Assembly: GCF_000400465.1 (NCBI RefSeq)
Contig: NW_008806287.1
Span: 90,001 to 122,000 of the forward strand
From: Wallemia ichthyophaga EXF-994
Lineage: Eukaryota > Fungi > Basidiomycota
Length of the DNA: 32,000 nt
Direction: 5' to 3'
Shown here: positions 1-8,720 of the stretch, piece after piece
Position numbering within the stretch: the first letter of the stretch is position 1
Layout of the letters: each line of letters opens with the position of its first letter
Notes under the pieces: model-generated
Seen by the model: only the letters and a program-made list of their open reading frames with translations
Told to the model about the DNA's origin: nothing
The model's database searches: none
Program-made: the position numbers and the translations under genes

Positions 1-144
1 ATCTACAAGCACCTGGCTGAAACAGATAAGATTGTGGTGAGATATAGAGGATCAGAAATCGGATGTGAAGGGTGCCTGAGAATATCGATTGGTACAAAGA
101 CAGAATGTGTAGAGCTGCTTGAGAAGCTCAAGAAGTTACTGTAA
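1..144 (+). CDS. HIS5: Histidinol-phosphate aminotransferase, 3' end (partial)
   Basis: Frame 1 reads IYKHLAETDKIVVRYRGSEIGCEGCLRISIGTKTECVELLEKLKKLL*. The VVRYRG..GC.GCLRI.IGT motif matches the fungal His5 C-terminus. Stop TAA at 142-144, AATAAA at 148-153. Confidence 0.85.
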   Translation: MYKHLAETDKIVVRYRGSEIGCEGCLRISIGTKTECVELLEKLKKLL

Positions 145-194
145 AAGAATAAATTGATAATTCAGTTTGATTTTTAACTTGATCCTGACCAATC

Positions 195-799
195 ATGTTC
201 GCTACAAGACTAAACTTGATAAAGAATACGCCAAAGATACTCGTTGACGCTTCAAAGTCATTGCCAGAAGCTCCAGCTCAGCGTTTAAAGGCTTCAACGA
301 GAATAACGGGATTGGCAGTACACCCAGATCCGTGTTAGTTTCAATTGAGTGGTGGAGTGGATTAGGCTGATGATAATCGATAGTATCCGCACTCGCAGAG
401 ACTTATTCAAGTACATTATCATTCTTACAGCAATTCCCGTCTTCTTCCGTGTACAAGAATAGCGTTGAGGCACTCACGAAGCAGCGTTTGAGCAGAGTGG
501 TCAGCGCGAACGACAAAGGCGTTAGCCCAGAAGACGTGGAGGCTAACAGCAACTCAGAATACTCTGATTTGTTGGGTACACCGCCTGTACAGTTGGAGGA
601 AGTTTTAGTTGAAGCTGAGAACGAGCTTGGTTTGGCAGCAAAGATGTTTGAATGGAAAGCGTGAGTTTGCTTGGTTTATTGCTGCATTACTGGCTTAGGC
701 TTATTGCGCTGCAGATGGGAGCCACTCCAAGTACAGCCACCAAAGGATCAATGGAAGAATCCTTTCAGCGTCGATACTTCAAAATCTTTGAACGAATAA
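195..799 (+). CDS. NDUFA5: NADH:ubiquinone oxidoreductase subunit NDUFA5 (B13 / 29.9 kDa family), 166 aa
   Basis: Exons 195-333, 384-660, 715-799; GT-AG introns of 50 and 54 nt. Motifs [62 protein letters not shown]. Confidence 0.92.
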
Positions 800-853
800 T
801 TTGTACTTAATTTAAACGTATATTTCTATCCACACGTCATCGGTACAGTCACC

Positions 854-1852
854 ATGCCTGTCCCAGAAACATTCAATCGACTAAGAATCTTTGAAACGGG
901 TAATCTAGATAAGCTTGTGATTGACAGCAACTCCACTCTCGATTCTCTTGGTCCCCACGCTATAAATATCAAAGTGTCTTACGCGGGGATCAACTACATC
1001 GACACCTATTTCAGATCTGGTTTATACCCAGTTAGCTTGCCCTTTAATCTCGGTCAAGAGGGTTCTGGCACTGTTGTCGACGTTGGCTCACAAGTTACTC
1101 GCTTCAAGCCAGGCCAATCTGTAGCTTTCTACTCGAATGGTTCGTTGTCTGAGTACACACAGGTTGAAGAATCCAAAGCTGTTGCTTTAGACACCAAGAA
1201 CGTATCAGAATTTGATGCTGCGACGGTCCTTTTGCAAGGTCTCACCGCCTGGACCTTCCTTAAAGAGGCACATAACGTCAAGAAAGGTGACAAAGTGCTT
1301 GTACATGCAGCAGCCGGTGGCGTTGGTTTGATATTGGTTCAACTCGCAAAGTATTTGGGTGCAATCGTCATCGGAACGACTTCAACAGCAGAGAAGGCTC
1401 AACTTGCAAAAGCAAATGGTGCAGACCACGTTATTTTATACACCGAGGAAAACGTCGCAGAGCGTATTAATGAGATAACAAACGGCGAAGGAATCGATGG
1501 TAATTTTGATGGAGTTGGAAAAGATACGTTTGATTTAGCTTTTCAAGTCGCTGCTAGGCGTGGAACTATCGTATCTTTCGGTAATGCATCCGGCGCTGTT
1601 CCCCCATTTAGCATTCTACAACTCACACCTAAGAACATCAAACTACTCAGACCTTCAGTGATGAATTACATTGCTACAGCTGAAGAGCTCGATAGATACT
1701 CTGCTGAGCTGTTCGATCTCATTGAGAGAGGCGTGCTCAAAATACACAGACACGGTGTATACAGCTTCGATATCGACAGTCTCAAACAGGCGCAAGCTGA
1801 TATAACATCGCGTGCAACTACGGGAAAGCTCGTCGTTAAAGTATCAGATTAA
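854..1852 (+). CDS. ZTA1: NADPH:quinone oxidoreductase, zeta-crystallin/MDR family, 332 aa, intronless
   Basis: GINYIDTYFRSGLYP, LGQEGSG, nucleotide-binding HAAAGGVG, DGVGKDTF, SFGNASG, C-terminal TTGKLV. Confidence 0.92.
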   Translation: MPVPETFNRLRIFETGNLDKLVIDSNSTLDSLGPHAINIKVSYAGINYIDTYFRSGLYPVSLPFNLGQEGSGTVVDVGSQVTRFKPGQSVAFYSNGSLSEYTQVEESKAVALDTKNVSEFDAATVLLQGLTAWTFLKEAHNVKKGDKVLVHAAAGGVGLILVQLAKYLGAIVIGTTSTAEKAQLAKANGADHVILYTEENVAERINEITNGEGIDGNFDGVGKDTFDLAFQVAARRGTIVSFGNASGAVPPFSILQLTPKNIKLLRPSVMNYIATAEELDRYSAELFDLIERGVLKIHRHGVYSFDIDSLKQAQADITSRATTGKLVVKVSD

Positions 1853-1945
1853 GTTGTACACATAGCTTACTTAGGTTAATGAAAAACTTGACTGGAATGT
1901 TTGTGAAGATTTAGTGCAATGCGATTTACGCGGTCTACAAACACA

Positions 1946-2305
1946 ATGAAGTTTGCTTTGATCGCATTGGCAGCTGCAGCAAGTGCTGTGCCACTGAACA
2001 GACGCCAAGACAGTCATGTCACTACGTCTAATCTTGATAAGCTGAGAGACGAGAACAATTCACTTCCGGAAAGTGGAGTATACAGATTAGATATTGTGCC
2101 AGGCAGGAAGGAGGGAGAATCTAGTATGTAATTGTTTGTGATTACAGTCTGAGCTGATGTGTCTGTAGGTATTGAGCTGGTCCCCGATGAGAACGGTAGT
2201 ATTATATTTCAAAACAACGAGTCAGAAGGCATGTCCAAGCATGGCAATGGTACTGCAGTTGTAGATTCCCACAAAGAGGAGGAAGAAGACCAAGACCAAG
2301 ACTGA
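1946..2305 (+). CDS. Small secreted protein of unknown function, 104 aa
   Basis: Exons 1946-2123 and 2169-2305; 45-nt intron GTATGT...GCTGAT...TAG. Signal peptide MKFALIALAAAASA, then VPLNRR|Q (Kex2-like). No family recognised. Confidence 0.75.
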
Positions 2306-2397
2306 GGGATTCGATTGAATCGCAGATACGAATAAACTTAATAAATGATACATTTTACTATCTATACTTGTAATACACTCCTCGATTTGCTTCGTCG

Positions 2398-4965
2398 ATG
2401 AGAGCGAGAAGGCTGTTCAGTACTGCAGCAAGCGAGACCAATAAGCTTTACATATCATCTATATTCCCAATCAGATACGGTCGTTTCGATCCACGTTACG
2501 CTTACTCGTTGCTTCGGGAGCATTCCCTGATCGATTACCTCAGAACAAGACTAAACGATAATGGAATACGCGTGCATTCAATAGAATCGCGACTGCGAGA
2601 GGGCGGAGCATTTGTTACAGTATCAGAAGATAACAGCTTATCAACGAAAAGCATACGTAATCAACTAATCGATAATGGTAACTTGAGGAAGACAACGCTA
2701 TTGAATACGAACGTGTTTCCTGTAATCGGTTCTCCCTTTAATGAGGATATGGATCGATATCCATCAGCCCAACTGAGAGTGGATTATAACGGTCCTCAAA
2801 TATCCCAGGAGGAGCTCTACAATATATTCAGACGATATGGTCGCATTATGGAGATAGAGTCCAGTAGTGGTGGCTTTGATCTTACATACCAGTCAACCTC
2901 TGCTAGTACAGCAGCTCGTTCCTGTGTACATGGCTTTGTCACAGATAGTGGCACTAAACTGAAGCTAACGTATCAGCCGAGAGTATCTAAACACTTCTAC
3001 AAAGACTGGATAATGTCTCATCCCCGTATCGTTGTACCACTCCTAGTCTTCTTGATTGGTGCAGTTAGTTACGTCATCTTTGATCCAGTGAGGGAGTATG
3101 CAATCAAGAGCAAGGTGATGCGCACGTTCAGTCTTGATGCAGTGAAGAAGAAGTGGCTCGTCTTTGGTGACAACTCTGTCAAATCATCGAGTGACGGTGT
3201 AGTCGCCAGCGATATCCAGGAGAGGAGGGAAGCTTTCGAGTCGGTAAATATATGGCTGAATGAGTCGCCCTCGACTTTCATTACTCTCACTGGTGCTCGT
3301 GGATCTGGTAAGAGCTCCCTCTTGAAGAATCTCATGCGCGATCGTCAAGTACTCTCAATCGATTGTGCTCAAGTGTGCAGAGCCGAAAATGACGCTCAGC
3401 TGGTCACTGAACTCGCCGATCAGACTGGTTACTGGCCAATCTTTGGTTTCTTGAGCAGCGTTTCTAATCTACTCGACCTCGCCAGTGTTGGGTTGATCGG
3501 CACAAAAGCGGGATTCGCTACACCTTTGGAAGATCAACTAAAACAAATCCTCTCAATCACAACTAAGGCTGTGGAGAAAGCTAGGGATTTAAAGTTTTCA
3601 GCATCAAAATCTCAACATGATGACTTGAAACTTGGTCTGAAACAGGCTGCTGAGGAGGAGGTGAGAAAGAATTCAAACTCCTTCTCACACGATGGAAGAA
3701 TCGATTGCATTGCCGGTAATGGAATAATGAGTGAACTCGGTGTTGGGATAGAAACTGATGACATTGATGATCAAGTATTATCGCTTACTTTGAATCGACT
3801 TGAAGGGTTAAATAAGAACAATTATGATGAAGAGAAAGAAAAGATCAAGAGTATACCAGTAGTTATTGTCAAGAACTTTGACTTCAAAGGAGCAGATCGT
3901 GACGTGTTGTTCGACGTACTGAGCACTTGGGCGTCTAATTTAGTACTTGCGAAAGTTGCTCATGTTGTCTTTGTGTCTGATAACGTCAGTTCTAACAAAC
4001 GCTTAGCCAAAGGTGAGTAGAGTTATCACCAATTGAACATTAATTTATTGTCTCACACAGCCTTACCAAACAAGCCACTCAACTCTATCAGTTTATCCGA
4101 TGCTGACATGCATAACTCTGTCAAATTTGTTATGAATAGACTGAGGAATCTAACTCTTAGTAGTGATGACAAGAAGCTTATCGAGTTAATTGGTGGACGT
4201 GTTGAAGATCTTGAAGATGTGAGTGGTTGATGGTGTCGATTGATAATCCTATTAATCGTTTATCAGTTAGTGCGCAAGGTGCGCTCGGGATTGAGCATTC
4301 AAGAGGCTATCAATCAGATAGTAGTGACGAGTGCTAGTGAGCTACGTCAAAATATTCTTGCCAAGAATGAGCATGGATGGAAACCTGAAGAGGCATGGTC
4401 AATTATAAAGGAGCTCTCAAAAGAAGAGAAGGTAAGCTGATTGTTAATATCTTAATTTGCAAAGATGATCTAATAAGGACGTTTAGGTCAGCTACGCGTC
4501 AACATTAATTAACTGGCCTTTCACAGGAAACGAAGGATCATTGCAAGCACTCGAACAGCATGATTTAATTACAATTGTTCATAAGAATGGCAGACCAGCT
4601 GATATTGTCTCTGGGAAGCCAATTTATCGTACTGCTTTTAAGCAGTTAGTTAATGGTGAATTGTGGAAAGTGATATATGATGTATAGCTAACGACACCTC
4701 TTCAGACTTACCATACAAAGCGCTTTTAGATGTAACTTCAAACAAACTAAAGAGGGAATATAAGGAGGGACAGATTAGAAAGTGGGAAACAGAGCTGTTA
4801 GATTTGAAGAATATAGGTTTAGATGACGGGACATTCTTCACATCATTTAGATCACCTTCAGCTACTCAATTACGCGCAGAATATCTCCTCAAACAGATAT
4901 ACGCAGCTCAATCAACAGTCAACAAGATTGAAAAAGAGTCAGATAAGCTAAAGAAAGTAATGTAA
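2398..4965 (+). CDS. YME2: Mitochondrial escape protein 2 (RRM + RNA12/AAA-like domain), 788 aa
   Basis: Exons 2398-4012, 4061-4218, 4267-4431, 4487-4655, 4706-4965. Presequence MRARRLFSTAAS, GSPFNEDMDRYPS, RRM (LYNIFRRYGRI), TM segment WIMSHPRIVVPLLVFL, Walker A GARGSGKS, DQTGYWPIF, GKPIYRTAF. Confidence 0.95.
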
Positions 4966-5013
4966 ATAAATATTAAAGTTGATTGAGAAAATCAATAATT
5001 AATTACAAGCATT

Positions 5014-5051
5014 TGATATATGAAACAAGAAGGGGTGATATATGAAACAAG
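5014..5051. repeat. Perfect 16-bp direct repeat TGATATATGAAACAAG x2 with 6-bp spacer
   Basis: Copies at 5014-5029 and 5036-5051, in the 139-bp gap between the convergent YME2 and CHS7-like stops. Confidence 0.9.
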
Positions 5052-5104
5052 GATAAGAGATTAACTGGTATAGGAGTGAAGTGCTGAGATATGTCCATCA
5101 CTCT

Positions 5105-6115
5105 TCATTTGAAATTTGAGAGAGGTTCTTGCTTTGGGTATACAGGAACTTGAGGACCATCATAACCATACCAGCTATCTTCAGTAATACTTCGCCAGCC
5201 AGCGAACAATAAACCGAGACTAATAGCTTCAAGGAGAGTTGCAACGAAAGCACCATCAATACGACTATTCGTACCATCACATATAGTATGTCCTAGAGCG
5301 AAGAGAGCAGCTTGAGATAACATGAAAGAGAGTAGAGATAAGGAGAACCAGAAAGCAGGAATGGATTCTTTGAGGAGAAAGAAAATGACATAAGTCATGA
5401 GGAGAGAGTAGATAAAGACAGCAATCATTGGCCAGAGGAGGAGTAAGACAAAGAGGCCATTGCTGAGGAGATATTCAGGCGGATTTGAGGGGGGAAGATT
5501 GCCACTCCAATTGAAAGCAGTATCAACAGCAATGTAGCCAGTTCCGACGAAGAAAGCGATACCGCCTACCCATAAGGAGAGGATAGAAGGAGGGGTACCG
5601 TCTTCTATAAGTTGAGTGCTGTTTAGGCCATTAACAATCAGAGACCAAAACCAAGCGCTTCTTAGACCCATTTGGATGGAAGTTAACCAGACAATATAAT
5701 CAGAACCTTGTTGTAAAAAGCTGCCCGTAGTAAGTAAGGAAAAGACGTCGATCAGAGCCCATAAGCCGAGTAAAGTAGCGAATTCAACTCTACCAACGGC
5801 AGCGATACGACGTTTAGCAGCAGCAAAGAGGATGAGGGAGAAAACAAAGCATAACGCGGTTGCAACGATTTGAGCGATATTACCGAGGCCGCCTTCATGG
5901 CCAGCTCTACGAATAAAGCAGGTGGGACGTACGCCAACGCCTGCGGACTGAAGGTTGTTTGAAACGAGAGAGAAAGAAGTGGAATTGTAGAGGATGGTAT
6001 CAGAAGAGTTTAGTGATTGTATTTGATTGAAGAAGAGGTTGCAAGGGGCTAATGAGGGAGAATGGCTGCAAAGGAATTCCCAGCTACCGAATTGTTTAGT
6101 GTGTTGAAGGGACAT
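5105..6115 (-). CDS. CHS7: Chitin synthase export chaperone Chs7-family membrane protein, 336 aa, intronless
   Basis: N-terminal FGSWEFLC....APCNLFFNQI, about seven hydrophobic helices, AAVGRVEF, FWSLIVNGLNSTQLIEDGTPPS, ICDGTNSRIDGAFVATLLE, WRSITEDSW. May be the second basidiomycete paralogue rather than the strict orthologue. Confidence 0.85.
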   Translation of the reverse strand: MSLQHTKQFGSWEFLCSHSPSLAPCNLFFNQIQSLNSSDTILYNSTSFSLVSNNLQSAGVGVRPTCFIRRAGHEGGLGNIAQIVATALCFVFSLILFAAAKRRIAAVGRVEFATLLGLWALIDVFSLLTTGSFLQQGSDYIVWLTSIQMGLRSAWFWSLIVNGLNSTQLIEDGTPPSILSLWVGGIAFFVGTGYIAVDTAFNWSGNLPPSNPPEYLLSNGLFVLLLLWPMIAVFIYSLLMTYVIFFLLKESIPAFWFSLSLLSFMLSQAALFALGHTICDGTNSRIDGAFVATLLEAISLGLLFAGWRSITEDSWYGYDGPQVPVYPKQEPLSNFK

Positions 6116-6506
6116 TGGGGGAAAAAGAATAAAAGTGAGAGCCTTGTAATTTTCAAGGTAATTTGGTAATTGAATTGGCGGTGGACAGACAGTTGAATAT
6201 CGACAACCACGACTATAAAAAAGTAAGTTAATCGTATAAATTCAAGTAAAATAAATTTACAAGTAAAATTGAAGTGTTCTTTGGACTTAGAAAGTACCCA
6301 ACGCCTGTGAGTAAAGTAGCACAATAAAATAGCTCATGGCTTATAAAGCACACAGGTACTCAAACCACTCGCTCCATTTATTGCAGGCAGCGCTGTCGTT
6401 TACTACGGCGTTTCAAAGATCCAAGACGCAGCCGTTTCAACAGAGCCACACAAGTCTTCACCTCAAAACCCATACATTTCTCAAGTAAACAAGCAACATT
6501 AAAATG

Positions 6507-6540
6507 ATTTTAAATTTAAATAATTTTAATTTTAATTTTA
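6507..6540. promoter_or_regulatory. 34-bp pure A/T tract with TTTTAA units in the divergent promoter region
   Basis: No G or C from 6507 to 6540, between the divergent ATGs at 6115 (-) and 6635 (+). A nucleosome-depletion role is inferred. Confidence 0.45.
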
Positions 6541-6634
6541 CTTGTGAGAATATATTCCATTACGCCGAGTTAATTTCAATATCGTCATCACCCAACAGCA
6601 CCATCAACACCACAGCCATCTCCCTAAAATTGTT

Positions 6635-8583
6635 ATGAAAAAGAGCAAAAGTTTGCTCAAAAATCTACAGAAATCTGACAAAGAATATGAGAATAGCTTG
6701 ATAAATTGTACTCAATTTGGTAATATTTCTGCCTCTGCCTTGTTGGCGTTGGGATCTATTGACGACAGTGGATCAATAAACTTTGTTGGGAATATTTTCC
6801 AAGAAATCAACAATTGCAACTCAAACTACACAAACACTTTATTCAAATGTAGACAATCCATTGATCAGCTCATCGATCAAGAGAATCACTATTATCAAGT
6901 TGATAAAGATAGGCAATTACTCATCTCCCAAGTTATAAAGGCTAGCTCGAAAAAGTCTAATCAAAATAACTCTACATCCCCCGATAAACTCAATGAAGCT
7001 CAAAATGAGTTGAGAGCTTGTCAATTTCATTTAACTGAACTTGAACTCGATTTAATGGCAAGTAGGCAACGTATCATTAACTCCACTATTCAGTTAAAGC
7101 TGTCTGCTTTATCTGAGTTAGGTGAAAATTTTACCAAACTAGCAAATCAAGGCTTAGATCACTTTAATTCTGTTCCTACCTCAGCAAATTTACTTGATAA
7201 TACTTCTATTGACTCCTTGAGCCCTTCTCAATCTGCTTCTCAAATTAACGTTGAATCTAGACGCAACTCCATTGTTAAATCTAGATATTTAAGTGATTCT
7301 CACCAACAAAAGCCTTCCATGTTCACTGAACAATTTAGCGTTAGTTATTCCATCTTTTTCAATTTGCTTTTCCCCTAACATATCCAATTCAGGTTTCTTC
7401 CATTCAATCCCCTTCCCCCAAACCTTCCCCTCAACCTCAAAGACAACCTTTATTCCCACCACCACCAAATCAATCCAAACAATCTCAACAAAAACCTGCT
7501 GGCTTTTTAAGAAGGTTGTTTGGAGTTGGTAGTAAGAAACACTCTAATCACCTCAACCAAGTTAAACAAGATAAACAAGACAAAGCTGAGAAACCTGACA
7601 AAGCGGAAAAAGCTGAGAAACTCTCAAAACCTTCTAAAAAGAACCTTTTTAATGTTGCTTGGGGAAGCAAAACTTCAAATCTTGACCCTGATTCTCCTCC
7701 TTCTCAACCTAAACAATCTAATGGCTGGCAAACTAGAACTACCTCAAACATTAATTCTTTAGAAAGAGGCGATTCTAGTGATGATGATGACGGCAGTAAA
7801 TTCGTTACTGTCACCAATAAAAATCCACAAGCAGCAATTGCTGAAAATATCTCTCGCCAATCTTCTGCTACGTCTGCAAATCAAACTCAAAGGAAAATTA
7901 AACAATCTTCTCGTCGTCACTCCAGATCTAACAGTCTTGGTGATAGTCAACGTCCCTCTTCTTTACCTGAGAGACCTTCATCTGCCGCTAGCTTACCATT
8001 AAATGCCCATGGAACTAAGAAGACTAAAAAGCCTTCAAAGTATTCCACACTTACATCCTCCCCACAAATTAATAGCAATTCACTTACTACAAAGCCTACA
8101 TCTAAGAATCTTACTTCTAATGGTACTAATCATCGCAAACCAGCTAACAGTACTACTCCACGTAACCGTAAAGTAGTCGTACATCCAAATCTTATGAGTA
8201 TCGTCGAGGGTGATAATCTTGATCAGGATTTCAATCCGTCCTCTCATACAAACGGTACAAACGGTATAAAAGTCACAAAGAAATCTAAAGGTAAACAGCC
8301 GGAGCATTTACCTTCATCAGTACATAGTTCCCCAATTTCATCTTTAAATAATCAAAGTCTTGCTCCTATACGCAAGGATAGTAATAGATCGAGTAGATCT
8401 GATCATATGTTGCCCAAAAATGTTAGTTGGGCTCAATCACCTGCTCCACCGCACTCCATATCATCTCAGAGGAGTTTAAAATCAAACAGAGAAGAAAACG
8501 ATGATTCTTCTGATGATGATAATGGTGCGTATAATGCTGCAAGATCTCAACTTACACCACTTGACTTTTCCACTCTGAAATAA
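6635..8583 (+). CDS. Uncharacterised protein, 631 aa: N-terminal coiled-coil (Pil1/BAR-like) plus long S/N/K-rich disordered tail
   Basis: Exons 6635-7339 and 7393-8583; a 53-nt phase-0 intron GTTAGT...CTAAC...CAG joins the two ORF-track fragments. LLKNLQKSDKEY, DKDRQLLISQVIKAS and KLNEAQNELRACQFHL resemble, from memory, a basidiomycete Pil1-like family. Gene model strong, family call tentative. Confidence 0.7.
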
Positions 8584-8720
8584 TCAAGACAATTGTCTCA
8601 AAACACTCCTTTAGAAATCCCATTTTTAATTTTCTTGTTGTAATCCTGTTGCCTTCTTATTAATTTTACACTCGCCAAAGATAGGCAGGATTAAATCATA
8701 CATCTTTCTAGCCGACGACC

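Noticed and set aside
854-1852. Intronless quinone oxidoreductase as a possible bacterial horizontal transfer
   Set aside because: C-terminal motifs (NIKLLRPSVMNYI, TTGKLV) look like fungal Zta1, base composition matches the neighbours, and the clearly fungal CHS7-like gene is also intronless.
1919-1945. Upstream in-frame ATG extending the secreted protein (MRFTRSTNT)
   Set aside because: The ATG at 1946 has a better context (ACAATG) and puts the signal peptide at the N-terminus.
3069-3335. Antisense or alternate-frame ORFs of 60-140 aa over YME2, CHS7, LAA1, POT1, CWH43, VPS36 and others (this one as an example)
   Set aside because: They are shadows of real coding frames with no recognisable motifs, at lengths expected by chance.
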